From assembly GCA_003528115.1 (NCBI GenBank), contig DOGZ01000014.1:282689-346688 (forward strand): a stretch of DNA of 64,000 nt, given 5' to 3'. Below are positions 42,988-52,484 of the stretch, piece by piece; within the stretch, counting starts at the first letter, position 1; each line of letters starts with the position of its first letter. The position numbers and the translations under genes are program-made. The DNA comes from Candidatus Omnitrophota bacterium (GTDB taxonomy: Bacteria > Omnitrophota > Gorgyraeia > Zapsychrales > Zapsychraceae). The notes beneath the pieces were generated by a model. The model searched no databases. It was not told where the DNA came from and was given only the letters and a program-made list of their open reading frames with translations.

Positions 42988-44013
42988 ATGAGAAAGATAG
43001 GGATTTTAACAGGCGGGGTTGATTGTCCGGGATTGAATTCTGTCATTCGGGCCGTTGTCCGAAAGGCTATGGACGAAGGGTATGTCGTCACAGGGATCAA
43101 GAATGGATGGAACGGACTGATTGAAAATGATATGCGCGTTCTGGATCTGAGGGTGACATCCGGAATTCTCGACCGTGGCGGTACCATTCTGGGAACCAGC
43201 CGCATTATACCGCCTTTAGAACCAGAAAAAATAGCTTTGATCAAAGAAAACTTTAAGCGTAATGGCATAGATGCTCTCATCGCTGTCGGTGGTGAGGACA
43301 CGTTAAAGATTGCCTTAAGCTTATATAAAGAGGAAGGGCTCCCTGTCGTGGGGGTCCCTAAATCCATTGATAATGCTCTTTCGGGTACGGATTACGCCTT
43401 TGGATTCGATACGGCCGTCAATATAGCCACCGAATGCATAGACCGTCTTCACACCACAGCGGAGAGTCATCACCGGATTATGGTCATCGAGGTCATGGGA
43501 TTGCATACAGGGTGGATTGCTGTTGAGGCGGGGATTGCCGGTGGGGCGCATTATACACTGATCCCGGAGCATCTTGTCCAGATTGAGAGCGTTTGTGACT
43601 CAATCCGAAACCGGCATAGGCACGGAAAAACTTTTAGTATCATTGTTGTTTCAGAGGGGACCCAAATTGAAGGTTATGAAAGAAGAGTCGGGGATCATAG
43701 TCTTTCTGAAAGTCCACGGGTGGGGAATGTGGGAGAGTTGATTGCCAACTTAATAGAAGAAAAAACCGGTTATGAAACACGCGTCAGTGTTCTCGGGCAT
43801 ATACAGAGGGGAGGAACACCGACGGCCTATGACCGTATTATTGGAACACGGTTTGGATTTAAAGCCGTGGAGCTGATTGTTGAGAATAAGTTTGGGAAAA
43901 TGGTGAGTCTTCATGACAATAAGATCAAATACGTGGATATTGAAGACGCTGTCAGAAAACGAAAGACAGTGGATAGAGAACTTTATGAAACAGCCAAGGT
44001 GTTTTTCGGGTAA
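42988..44013 (+). CDS. pfkA: 6-phosphofructokinase (possibly PPi-dependent)
   Basis: 341 aa, MRKIGILTGGVDCPGLNSVIR..., and the GGEDT variant of the GGDGS motif, which suggests PPi-type. Confidence 0.85.
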   Translation: MRKIGILTGGVDCPGLNSVIRAVVRKAMDEGYVVTGIKNGWNGLIENDMRVLDLRVTSGILDRGGTILGTSRIIPPLEPEKIALIKENFKRNGIDALIAVGGEDTLKIALSLYKEEGLPVVGVPKSIDNALSGTDYAFGFDTAVNIATECIDRLHTTAESHHRIMVIEVMGLHTGWIAVEAGIAGGAHYTLIPEHLVQIESVCDSIRNRHRHGKTFSIIVVSEGTQIEGYERRVGDHSLSESPRVGNVGELIANLIEEKTGYETRVSVLGHIQRGGTPTAYDRIIGTRFGFKAVELIVENKFGKMVSLHDNKIKYVDIEDAVRKRKTVDRELYETAKVFFG

Positions 44014-44024
44014 GGGGGAGTGAG

Positions 44025-44600
44025 ATGAAACAAGCCGTTGAAAGAATTTTTCAGGAATCTATTCACGTCAAACAGGAATCCCTTACCGCGAATCTTGAGA
44101 AAATTGTGTTAGTCTCTCAGGAAATTATTAAGATTTTTGAAGCCAAGGGCAAGATTCTTTTTTTCGGCAATGGCGGTTCAGCGGCGGACAGCCAACATAT
44201 CGCTGCCGAATTGATTGGGCGGTTTCAAAAGGAAAGGCGGGCCCTGGCGGCTGTTGCCTTGACAACGGACACTTCTATTTTAACTTCTTTAGGCAATGAT
44301 TATACCTTTGACATTATTTTCTCTCGTCAAATAGAAGGTTTGGGACAGCGGGGAGATATGGCCTTTGGTATTTCAACGAGCGGAAATTCAAAAAACGTGA
44401 TTGAAGGCATTAAACAAGCTAAACGCATGGGGCTAAAAACCGTATCTCTGACAGGACGTGATGGCGGTCAATTGGCTAAATTATCAGATATTAGTCTGAT
44501 TGTCCCATCGCGTTCCACCGCCAGAATTCAAGAGGCCCATTTGTGTATCGAACATATCTTGTGTGAATTGGTTGAAAACCATTTTATTGAAAAGAAATAG
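44025..44600 (+). CDS. gmhA: SIS-domain phosphoheptose isomerase (GmhA/DiaA family)
   Basis: 191 aa SIS domain (FFGNGGSAADSQH..., STSGNS). Confidence 0.8.
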   Translation: MKQAVERIFQESIHVKQESLTANLEKIVLVSQEIIKIFEAKGKILFFGNGGSAADSQHIAAELIGRFQKERRALAAVALTTDTSILTSLGNDYTFDIIFSRQIEGLGQRGDMAFGISTSGNSKNVIEGIKQAKRMGLKTVSLTGRDGGQLAKLSDISLIVPSRSTARIQEAHLCIEHILCELVENHFIEKK

Positions 44601-44640
44601 TCATCACAGCAGGACACCCTTGGGGCAAGAATGAGAATAG

Positions 44641-45138
44641 ATGCGCGTGGATACAAAACAAAAAATTGTCAGTTTGGTTAGTCTAAAGAGAAGAATTGCG
44701 CAGTATCGCCGGGAAGGAAAAAGCATAGCTTTCACGAACGGTTGTTTTGATATTCTTCATTATGGTCATGTGAACTATCTCCAGAAAGCCAAGAAACCGG
44801 ATAGGATTTTAATTATTGGGTTAAATGGAGATAAATCTATAAAGAAAATTAAAGGTCCTAAACGGCCAATAGTGGCAGAGAAAGAACGGGCGGGTGTATT
44901 AGCCGCTCTGGCGTGTGTGGATCATGTGACGATTTTCCAAGACGAAACGCCTTTTAATCTGATTAATGCGTTAAAACCCGATATTCTTATTAAAGGGTCG
45001 GATTGGAAGGGAAGAGACGTGGCTGGAAGTGATATCGTGAAAGCGAGCGGAGGGAAGGTGGAATACATGAGATATATTCCGGGCAGTTCTTCAACTAGTA
45101 TTATTGAGACGGTTCTTAAAAGATATGCTGAAAAATAA
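44641..45138 (+). CDS. D-glycero-beta-D-manno-heptose 1-phosphate adenylyltransferase (HldE domain II / RfaE2-like cytidylyltransferase)
   Basis: 165 aa cytidylyltransferase-like with TNGCFDILHYGH (HxGH motif). Matches RfaE domain II. Confidence 0.8.
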   Translation: MRVDTKQKIVSLVSLKRRIAQYRREGKSIAFTNGCFDILHYGHVNYLQKAKKPDRILIIGLNGDKSIKKIKGPKRPIVAEKERAGVLAALACVDHVTIFQDETPFNLINALKPDILIKGSDWKGRDVAGSDIVKASGGKVEYMRYIPGSSSTSIIETVLKRYAEK

Positions 45139-45204
45139 TTCCCCGTTTACGCGTTGAGTGTCGATTAATAAGAAAATTAAAAACCTTGTCTTCATGTCCC
45201 CATT

Positions 45205-45630
45205 TTGGTTTATAGTATGTCTCTTTCGAAAAAAGGTACCTTTCGGATTATTGATGCCAATTTTAACCGAGCTAAAGAAGGGTTAAGAGTCTGCGAGGAT
45301 ATCAGTCGATTTATTATGGATGCGGGAGATTTAACGAAAACCTACAAAGGTATCCGTCACCAGTTAACGGATTGTATCCGTTCTTTGGAACTTAAAGAGC
45401 TTGTTCACGCCAGGGATATAGAGAGGGATGTAGGAAAAACATCAACGCCTGCTGAGGCCCGGAGAGAAAAGATAGAAGATATTTTTTATGCTAATTCCCA
45501 ACGTGTGAAAGAGTCTATCCGTGTTCTAGAAGAATTTAGTAAATTGTTTCAAAAGAAGACAGCGCAAAAATTGAAAGAGATTCGGTATAAAATTTATGGG
45601 CTTGAGAGAAAAATGGTTGAAAGATTCTAA
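45205..45630 (+). CDS. Hypothetical protein translationally coupled to thiE
   Basis: 141 aa, no confident family assignment. Overlaps the thiE start by 35 nt. Confidence 0.55.
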   Translation: MVYSMSLSKKGTFRIIDANFNRAKEGLRVCEDISRFIMDAGDLTKTYKGIRHQLTDCIRSLELKELVHARDIERDVGKTSTPAEARREKIEDIFYANSQRVKESIRVLEEFSKLFQKKTAQKLKEIRYKIYGLERKMVERF

Positions 45631-46252
45631 ACTGTATGTGATTTTGGACGCTCAGGTCAATGATGACGACAAGCTCTTTGAGATTGCTAAAATATCGGTG
45701 CATAGCGGCGTAGATATTCTTCAGGTACGCGATAAATTCGGATCAGCCAGGGATATATTGAAACTGTTGAGTCGAATTCAGAAAATTCCGGGCCGACGAA
45801 TTCCTGTTCTTGTTAATGACCGTCTGGATCTTGCCTTGGCTAGCGGGGCACCGGGGGTTCATTTAGGTCAAGAGGACATACCTATTAAAATAGCCAGAAA
45901 GATGATGGGGAGCAAGGCTATCATCGGAGCTTCTTGTCAAACCTGGTCGGCGGCTATCAATGCTGAAAGAGAAGGCGCCGATTATATAGGATTCGGTTCA
46001 GTGTTTAAGACAATGACAAAACCTGACCGTTTACCTATGCCGATGAAATTATTAGCCAAGATTTATAGAGACATTCAGATTCCGGTATTTGCTATCGGAG
46101 GAATCAATCTGGAAAATATAGACAGTATCCTTTCCATCGGGGTTGATCGTGTGGCTGTTTGCCGTGCTATATGTGAAGCGGAAAACGTTTCGCAGACTAT
46201 AAAGTTGTTTAAAGGATGCTTGTCAAAGGAAGTTTTTTGCCGACGGAATTAA
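45596..46252 (+). CDS. thiE: Thiamine-phosphate synthase
   Basis: TIM-barrel ThiE blocks (LYVILD, VDILQVRDK, GVHLGQED, GADYIGFGSVF, FAIGGI). Confidence 0.88.
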   Translation: MGLREKWLKDSKLYVILDAQVNDDDKLFEIAKISVHSGVDILQVRDKFGSARDILKLLSRIQKIPGRRIPVLVNDRLDLALASGAPGVHLGQEDIPIKIARKMMGSKAIIGASCQTWSAAINAEREGADYIGFGSVFKTMTKPDRLPMPMKLLAKIYRDIQIPVFAIGGINLENIDSILSIGVDRVAVCRAICEAENVSQTIKLFKGCLSKEVFCRRN

Positions 46253-46262
46253 AAAGATATAT

Positions 46263-46333
46263 GCGAGGGTAATTCAATGGTAGAATGTCAGCTTCCCAAG
46301 CTGAGAACGCGGGTTCGATTCCCGTCCCTCGCT
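46263..46333 (+). tRNA. tRNA-Gly (anticodon CCC)
   Basis: Manually folded: acceptor GCGAGGG/CCCTCGC, anticodon stem TCAGC/GCTGA with loop TTCCCAA, T-arm GGTTCGATTCC. No encoded CCA. Confidence 0.85.
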
Positions 46334-46345
46334 TTTATTTTGACC

Positions 46346-47023
46346 ATGAAAAAACGTGTTGATCTGTTCTTTCTCTTGAGTGCCCTTGCTCTCGTGTCGT
46401 TTTCAGGGTGCGCCTCCATCACAACCCTTGAGGAGGGCGTCATCCAGCCCCATGAACCCTTAAAAAAAGGGGTTTACCATAAAGTTAAACGTGGGGAGAC
46501 ATTATGGCGTATCGCTAAGACGTATGATATTTCTATCAGCGACATTATTGAAACCAACAGTATTCCCAATGTCGCTCAAATTGAGAAGAATCAACTCGTT
46601 TTCATTCCTGGAGCCGATGCTATTAAAGAAGTTCCATTAGAAATCGACGCTCGTCAAAATGATTTTATTTGGCCGCTGAAAGGCGATATTTTAAGATATT
46701 TTCATCAACGGATCGGACTTCAGATAAATAAGGGAATAGATATTCAATCGCAGGAAGGAACAGAAGTTAAAGCGACCCGTACCGGACAGGTTGTCTTTGC
46801 GGATTTTCTCAACGGGTATGGGTACACTATTATTATCGATCATGCGGACGAATATTATTCGGTCTACACCCAGAATGCGAAATTGCTAACTTCCTTGGGG
46901 GATCTTGTCTTTAAGGGAACCCCGATTGCTTTGGTGGGAAGAAATCCGAACGACTCAGGATATTTGCATTTTGAAATTAGAAAGAATTTAAAGGAAGATA
47001 ATCCCCTCTATTATTTGCCATGA
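46346..47023 (+). CDS. LysM + M23 peptidase lipoprotein (NlpD/EnvC-like murein hydrolase activator)
   Basis: Signal peptide with lipobox (LVSFSGC), LysM (YHKVKRGETLWRIAKTYDISISDIIETN) and M23 (HFEIR) blocks. The ORF-track start at 46277 lies inside the tRNA and is rejected. Confidence 0.85.
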   Translation: MKKRVDLFFLLSALALVSFSGCASITTLEEGVIQPHEPLKKGVYHKVKRGETLWRIAKTYDISISDIIETNSIPNVAQIEKNQLVFIPGADAIKEVPLEIDARQNDFIWPLKGDILRYFHQRIGLQINKGIDIQSQEGTEVKATRTGQVVFADFLNGYGYTIIIDHADEYYSVYTQNAKLLTSLGDLVFKGTPIALVGRNPNDSGYLHFEIRKNLKEDNPLYYLP

Positions 47024-48669
47024 GTTTTATCGATCAGGAACAAAACTTTTTTGGACGTACTCCGATTTTAAATTTGCTTAAAAGGCGGGTGATTGATTTG
47101 AAGGAGGGGTATCGCCAGAATGTGGCGCTCCTGGGAAATAAATGCGTTGGTAAAAGCGCCATATTACAAAAATTCATTTCTGATCTCGATGACCCTGATG
47201 TCACCACCATTTATCTGGATTTACAAAATAAAGAGTTTAATTACTTTTTTTCCAAATTTGTTGGAAGCCTCCTCTATTATTTCTCCAAAAGTAAGAATCT
47301 CCCCCTTTACGATGACCTGAATCTGTTTTTGGAAAGCACAAAGAAATTTATCCCCCAGACCATTGAAGTCATTAAGAGGATCCAAATGGACATCAATGGA
47401 GGGAAACCCCTTGATGCGTTTCATGGTTTGTTGATCTTGCCGGAAATTTATACAAATGAAACTGGGAAATTTTGTATTTTGATTTTAGATGAGTTCCATG
47501 ACCTTGAAGAATTTGTTTCCCCGACCGCTTTTCAGGATCTGGGGAAGAAAATCATGACCCAAAAGAGATGTTTTTATATTTTCTCAAGCTCGTATCCGGG
47601 TTTGGCTAAGAAAATATTATCAGAAAAATTGTCTCTTTTGTTTGGCAATTTTGAGGTTGTCATGGTCGATGCCTTTGATCTTCAAACCAGTCAGGAATTT
47701 ATAGACCATAATTTGAAGGGGATCAAACTGGGAACGCAATTACGTAATTTTTTAACAGATTTTACCGGCGGGCATCCGCTTTATCTGAATTTAATCTGCC
47801 AGGAACTCTTTAATCTGAGCGCGGTCCATAAACAGAGCGAGATCTACATGCCGTTGTTGTCCCAAGCGGTCGAAAATACCATTTTCAGCCGTTGGGGGGT
47901 TATCGGCAGGCACTTTGAACTTGTTATTAACGAACTTTGTGGCGGTAAGGGCAACCGCCTCACGGCATCGGTTTTGATCGCCTTATCAAACGGGAAGCAT
48001 AAAATGGACGAGCTTTGTGAGGAAATTTGTGAAGAGCTCGGCGTCAAGAAAAATCTCTTGAAACAAAGAATGAATCATCTTTTGGAATTAGGGGTTGTTG
48101 CCAAGAATAATAGTGCGTACTACTTTAATGACAAACTTTTTAAATATTGGATCAAATATGTTTATCAGAAACGATTGAAGGATGTTGAGTTCTTGCCGGA
48201 CAAACTGAGAAAACAATTTAAGGAAGAGTTTCATCAAGGCGTTGAAAATTTTCAAGCTGTTTCTCGTCAAGATTTTTCGTCAAGAATTATGGAGTTGCTT
48301 TCGTGTTTTGACAATGAGGCCTTTGATTTGAACGGGCGAAAATATAAGCTGCCGTTGTTCCAAGAGATCGTGCCGTTAAGAATTAAAAATAAAGAAGGGC
48401 TTCAAGTTGATGTGATCAAGGCCATGTCTTCAGATGCCGTCTGGTTTATTGTGCCTAAAAGAGATAGTTTCGGGGAGAATGATGTCAATGCTGTTTTATC
48501 GGAGGTCAAGAAAACCGGAGAAAAGCCGGATCGTTTTTTAATTATTTCCTTAACAGATCTTGATGAAAATACGAGGCTGAAAGCCTTGCAGGAAAGATTT
48601 TGGATATGGAATGAGGGGGAATTAAACACCCTGCTAACCTTATTTGATAAGCCGTTTATTCTACGATGA
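47020..48669 (+). CDS. COG1672-type ATPase (Arch_ATPase P-loop domain + DUF234-like C-terminal domain)
   Basis: 549 aa. N-terminal FFGRTPILNLL...GNKCVGKS (Walker A-like) and ILILDEFHDL (Walker B), with a large C-terminal alpha/beta region. ATGA overlap with the upstream lipoprotein gene. Confidence 0.8.
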   Translation: MSFIDQEQNFFGRTPILNLLKRRVIDLKEGYRQNVALLGNKCVGKSAILQKFISDLDDPDVTTIYLDLQNKEFNYFFSKFVGSLLYYFSKSKNLPLYDDLNLFLESTKKFIPQTIEVIKRIQMDINGGKPLDAFHGLLILPEIYTNETGKFCILILDEFHDLEEFVSPTAFQDLGKKIMTQKRCFYIFSSSYPGLAKKILSEKLSLLFGNFEVVMVDAFDLQTSQEFIDHNLKGIKLGTQLRNFLTDFTGGHPLYLNLICQELFNLSAVHKQSEIYMPLLSQAVENTIFSRWGVIGRHFELVINELCGGKGNRLTASVLIALSNGKHKMDELCEEICEELGVKKNLLKQRMNHLLELGVVAKNNSAYYFNDKLFKYWIKYVYQKRLKDVEFLPDKLRKQFKEEFHQGVENFQAVSRQDFSSRIMELLSCFDNEAFDLNGRKYKLPLFQEIVPLRIKNKEGLQVDVIKAMSSDAVWFIVPKRDSFGENDVNAVLSEVKKTGEKPDRFLIISLTDLDENTRLKALQERFWIWNEGELNTLLTLFDKPFILR

Positions 48670-49145
48670 AAATAGGTGTCGTTTCAGATACGCATTCCCG
48701 CGTGATCGCAAAGCAGCTTTTGAATGATTTTAAGAGCGTTGATCTCATTGTTCATGCCGGCGATTTTTGTTCGGAAAAGGATCTGCGAATTTTTACTCAG
48801 ATAAAAGAGGTTAAGGCCGTTTACGGGAACATGGATGAACCATCGTTAGTCTCCAAGCTCACCAGGCGTCTTATTTTTCAATGGGGAGGTTTTTTTTTCG
48901 GTCTATGTCATGGACAAGGGGCGGCTAATCATGCCTTGGCTAATATTCAGAGCGAATTCAAGAAAGACAAATTAGATGTTGTTATTTTTGGGCACTCCCA
49001 TTGTCCGTTTAATCAAGAAATTAATGGTATCTTGTACTTCAATCCGGGAAGTCCTAATGATTTTGTTTGTTCACCGTATTGTTCATACGGAATTCTTGAA
49101 ATCAAAGAACATAAAATTGTGGGAAATATTATTAAGGTCAAATAG
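48666..49145 (+). CDS. YfcE/MJ0936-family metallophosphoesterase
   Basis: MKIGVVSDTHS...VHAGDF...GNMD...GHSH are calcineurin-like phosphoesterase metal ligands. ATGA overlap. Confidence 0.85.
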   Translation: MKIGVVSDTHSRVIAKQLLNDFKSVDLIVHAGDFCSEKDLRIFTQIKEVKAVYGNMDEPSLVSKLTRRLIFQWGGFFFGLCHGQGAANHALANIQSEFKKDKLDVVIFGHSHCPFNQEINGILYFNPGSPNDFVCSPYCSYGILEIKEHKIVGNIIKVK

Positions 49146-49147
49146 CG

Positions 49148-49639
49148 ATGGACAAGTTGTGGGCCCCCTGGCGGAATAAATATATCACCCAAGTGATTCA
49201 AGAAAACAAAGCTTGTGTTTTTTGCAAGATCTTTGGCGAGAAGAAAGATAAAGAAAATTATATCCTTGTCCGGACACAACATAATTATTCGGTTTTAAAT
49301 CTTTATCCCTACAACAATGGGCATGTCCTCCTTGTACCTCATCGACATGTTAATGATTTAAGCAAATTGAAGAAAAAAGAACGAGAGGATTTATTTGACC
49401 TCTTGGAAGCTACAAAGGTCACATTAGATTGCGTCCTTAAACCCGAAGGGTATAATATTGGTATTAATCTCGGAAGGGTCGCGGGGGCTGGATTCCCAGG
49501 GCACTTACATGTTCATCTCGTACCCCGGTGGAAGGGGGATATGAATTTTATGCCTGTGACAGGCAATACAAAAGTCATTTCCCAGTCTTTAAAAACATTA
49601 TACAATCAATTAAAAAATGCGGACAAGAAAAGATATTGA
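49148..49639 (+). CDS. HIT-family nucleotide hydrolase/transferase
   Basis: Histidine triad HLHVHLV near the C-terminus. Confidence 0.8.
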   Translation: MDKLWAPWRNKYITQVIQENKACVFCKIFGEKKDKENYILVRTQHNYSVLNLYPYNNGHVLLVPHRHVNDLSKLKKKEREDLFDLLEATKVTLDCVLKPEGYNIGINLGRVAGAGFPGHLHVHLVPRWKGDMNFMPVTGNTKVISQSLKTLYNQLKNADKKRY

Positions 49640-50783
49640 AGAGCTGGAAAAACGGATTCTTGCGCCTTATGCGATGAAAAGCCAAGATTCAAGTGGCAGG
49701 GAACATAATGAGCCTCCACATGAAATAAGAACTTGTTATCAGCGCGACCGTGATCGAGTTGTGCATTCTGAGGCTTTTCGAAAACTGGAATATAAAACTC
49801 AGGTATTTCCTGTCTTTGAGGGGGATTATTACAGGACGCGTCTGACGCATACCATTGAAGTGGCTCAAATTTCCAGGACAATTGGGCGCAGTTTACAATT
49901 AAACGAAGATCTTATCGAAGCTATTGCGTTAGCGCATGATTTAGGTCATCCGCCGTTTGGACATGCCGGTGAACATGCCCTTAATGAAATCTTGAAAGCG
50001 GCAAACGTCTCGGGGTTCAATCACAACATCCGAAGTTTTGAAATCGTTACAAAATTTGAAAGGCGTTATCCCGATTTCAGCGGACTTAACCTGACGGAAG
50101 AGGTTCTCGTTGGAATTCTTAAACACAAGACAATTTATGATGAGCCCGGGATTATCGAAAGATTTGGAGATAAGGGGCCAACCCTTGAGGCCCAAGTGGT
50201 GGATATCGCCGATTCCATCGCTTATTTGACCCATGATATTGATGATGGATTGACATCCGGGTGCATTACCGAGGAGGATTTGACGGAAAGTGATTTGTGG
50301 TTGAGGGCCTATCAGCAGGTCGGCCCGTTGTTGAGGAGTAAAGACAGAGAGATAATGAAATATCAGATTGTTAAGGTGCTGATCGATATGCAGACGAAAG
50401 ATTTGTTAGCCTATTCTGAGGAGAAGTTAAAGGGACTTGATTTTAAATCGTCAAATGATGTTAAGAATTTTAAAGAACCCGTCATCGGTTTTAGCCCAAC
50501 GATGACAGAGCAACGCAACGCCCTACAACATTTGATTAATGAGAAATTATATCATCATTATCGGGTTGAGAGAATGACCTCAAAAGCGCGGCGGATTATC
50601 AATGATCTCTTTGAGGTTTATGATCGAAATCCCAATCAGTTGCCATATTCTGTTTATCGTCGTGGAACAGAATATGATCAAAAAACTAAATACGGTATTA
50701 TTTGTAATTATATCGCTTCGATGACAGACAGGTACGCTTTAGATGAGCACAAGAAATTCTTCGACCCTTACCAAAAAGTATAA
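49617..50783 (+). CDS. dGTP triphosphohydrolase-like HD-domain protein
   Basis: TRLTHTIEVAQISR...ALAHDLGHPPFGH is the Dgt-family HD motif. Confidence 0.85.
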   Translation: MRTRKDIEELEKRILAPYAMKSQDSSGREHNEPPHEIRTCYQRDRDRVVHSEAFRKLEYKTQVFPVFEGDYYRTRLTHTIEVAQISRTIGRSLQLNEDLIEAIALAHDLGHPPFGHAGEHALNEILKAANVSGFNHNIRSFEIVTKFERRYPDFSGLNLTEEVLVGILKHKTIYDEPGIIERFGDKGPTLEAQVVDIADSIAYLTHDIDDGLTSGCITEEDLTESDLWLRAYQQVGPLLRSKDREIMKYQIVKVLIDMQTKDLLAYSEEKLKGLDFKSSNDVKNFKEPVIGFSPTMTEQRNALQHLINEKLYHHYRVERMTSKARRIINDLFEVYDRNPNQLPYSVYRRGTEYDQKTKYGIICNYIASMTDRYALDEHKKFFDPYQKV

Positions 50784-51840
50784 ATTGATTTTATCCGCGG
50801 TTCACATGGTCTATAGGTTGGTTAATTCAACTTATAATGTGAAGGAGCTTATTTTGCGTTTGACTCGACTATTGTGTCAGTTTATTAATGCGAGCTCCTC
50901 CAGCGTCTATATTTTGGAACCGAAAAAAAAGCAAATTGTTATGATCGCGATCTTTGATAACAAAATTAATATTTTCTTGAACAAGAAAAAAGATATAGCT
51001 AAAGTAACTAAAGAAGAGTTGGATGTAACGAAGGGATACGCCATCTTTGAGCCGCACCTCATAGGTATTCCCTTGGTTGCCGATGATAATATAGGCGCTA
51101 TTTTTGTTCGAAGAGAGAAAAACGAACCCCCTTTTAGTGAGTTTGACAAAGAAATGATCTCAGTTCTCGCTGAACAGTCTGTGACCGCTGTTAAGAATGT
51201 GCAGTTGTGTGAAGATCAGCAGCAAATTATTTTAAGCAGCATCGAATTTATCGGAAGGATGCTGGAACGGCACGGACATGTCATTGCAAAGCATACGCCT
51301 GTTTATTTTAAGATCGTTAAGAATTTGGGGGAAAAATTGGGGATGGGACAGGAAGGAATCGATAGCCTGTATTATGTGAGTATCCTGAACGACACGGGGG
51401 CGTTGGATATACCATACAATATTTTATCTAAGACCGGGCGGTTGAATCCTGAAGAATTTAAAGTGATTCGAACTCATCCAGAAAAATGCGTTGAATTAAT
51501 GAAAAGAGTCAAATTTTTAGAACCCGTTTTGCCGATTATCTTATATCATCATGAAAAATATGATGGATCCGGTTATCCGTCGGGCCTGAAAAAAGACAGC
51601 ATTCCTTTAGGCGCTCGGATTATGGCGGTTGTGGATGCTTTTGAAGCCATGACACGAGTGAGGCCCTATAAGAAAAGATTTTCTTTCAATGAGGCTGTTG
51701 TTGAGATCCGACGGAATAGCGGGACGCAATTTGATCCTGATGTTGTTAAAATATTCGTTGCGCTTTCTAAACAAAAAAAATTTAGAAATTACTTGAGTGC
51801 GACTGAAAAAAATATTAATAATACATCCCATGATAAATAA
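50743..51840 (+). CDS. GAF-HD-GYP domain protein (putative c-di-GMP phosphodiesterase)
   Basis: C-terminal HD-GYP signature (HHEKYDGSGYP) and an N-terminal GAF-like region. The start may be 50743 or 50806. Confidence 0.8.
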   Translation: MSTRNSSTLTKKYKLILSAVHMVYRLVNSTYNVKELILRLTRLLCQFINASSSSVYILEPKKKQIVMIAIFDNKINIFLNKKKDIAKVTKEELDVTKGYAIFEPHLIGIPLVADDNIGAIFVRREKNEPPFSEFDKEMISVLAEQSVTAVKNVQLCEDQQQIILSSIEFIGRMLERHGHVIAKHTPVYFKIVKNLGEKLGMGQEGIDSLYYVSILNDTGALDIPYNILSKTGRLNPEEFKVIRTHPEKCVELMKRVKFLEPVLPIILYHHEKYDGSGYPSGLKKDSIPLGARIMAVVDAFEAMTRVRPYKKRFSFNEAVVEIRRNSGTQFDPDVVKIFVALSKQKKFRNYLSATEKNINNTSHDK

Positions 51841-52483
51841 ATTTAAGTGCCAAACCCAATTTGAACTTTTCCCAGGGGCGTTAAAGAATTCTCAAGATCA
51901 GGAGAATCCGCGCTCCCTATTTAAAAACTTGACACTTTCACCAGAAAATATTATTGTGTTAGTCATTCTTTTTGTTATGGCGCTGGTTTTATTTTTTTCT
52001 TTTGGAGTGGAGAGAGGAAAAACGATTGTCAAGACAGATTCTGCCCTAATGGAAGATAATCTGAATGTTTATAATGCCCAGCCGGTTGCCATAGATGTGA
52101 ATCCGCTTCAAACGGAAGGACAGAAAACTTTTTCTTCGCGGGAGAAGCTTGTAGGTGCCAATGAGATAAAGGCGAACACCGAGGTTATAAGCGTAAAAAC
52201 ACAGAAGAATGAGGTCAAACCTCTCCAAGAAGAGACTCTCAAGGCGCAAGAAATCTTTGGGAATGGGGAGTTTACGATACAAGTTGCTTCTTTTAAGTTG
52301 GAAAATCGAGCCCAAGAAGAGGCTAAGAAACTGAAAGAGAAAATGGGGCAGGAAACTTTTGTTTTATCCAAGGGCAAGTATTCCATTGTCTGTATCGGGA
52401 AATTCGCACAAAAGGATTCGGCGCAAAAGTTGTTTAATAAACTGAAAAAAAAATATAATGATTGTTTAGTAAGGAGATTTTAA
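51830..52483 (+). CDS. SPOR-domain membrane protein
   Basis: TM helix plus a C-terminal SPOR-like domain (FTIQVASFKLENRAQEEAKKLKEK...YSIVCIGKF). Start ATG 51830, or GTG 51797. Confidence 0.7.
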   Translation: MINKFKCQTQFELFPGALKNSQDQENPRSLFKNLTLSPENIIVLVILFVMALVLFFSFGVERGKTIVKTDSALMEDNLNVYNAQPVAIDVNPLQTEGQKTFSSREKLVGANEIKANTEVISVKTQKNEVKPLQEETLKAQEIFGNGEFTIQVASFKLENRAQEEAKKLKEKMGQETFVLSKGKYSIVCIGKFAQKDSAQKLFNKLKKKYNDCLVRRF

Positions 52484-52484
52484 T

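Noticed and set aside
45139-45204. Possible TPP riboswitch upstream of the thiE region
   Set aside because: The 66-nt spacer lacks the conserved CUGAGA and ACCUGA...GGG TPP-aptamer elements and is too short for the aptamer plus expression platform.
46277-46345. ORF-track start of the 248-aa ORF at 46277 (MVECQLPKLRTRVRFPSLAFILT...)
   Set aside because: These codons lie inside the tRNA-Gly gene (46263-46333). The real start is the downstream Met of the signal peptide (MKKRVDLFFLL..., 46346).
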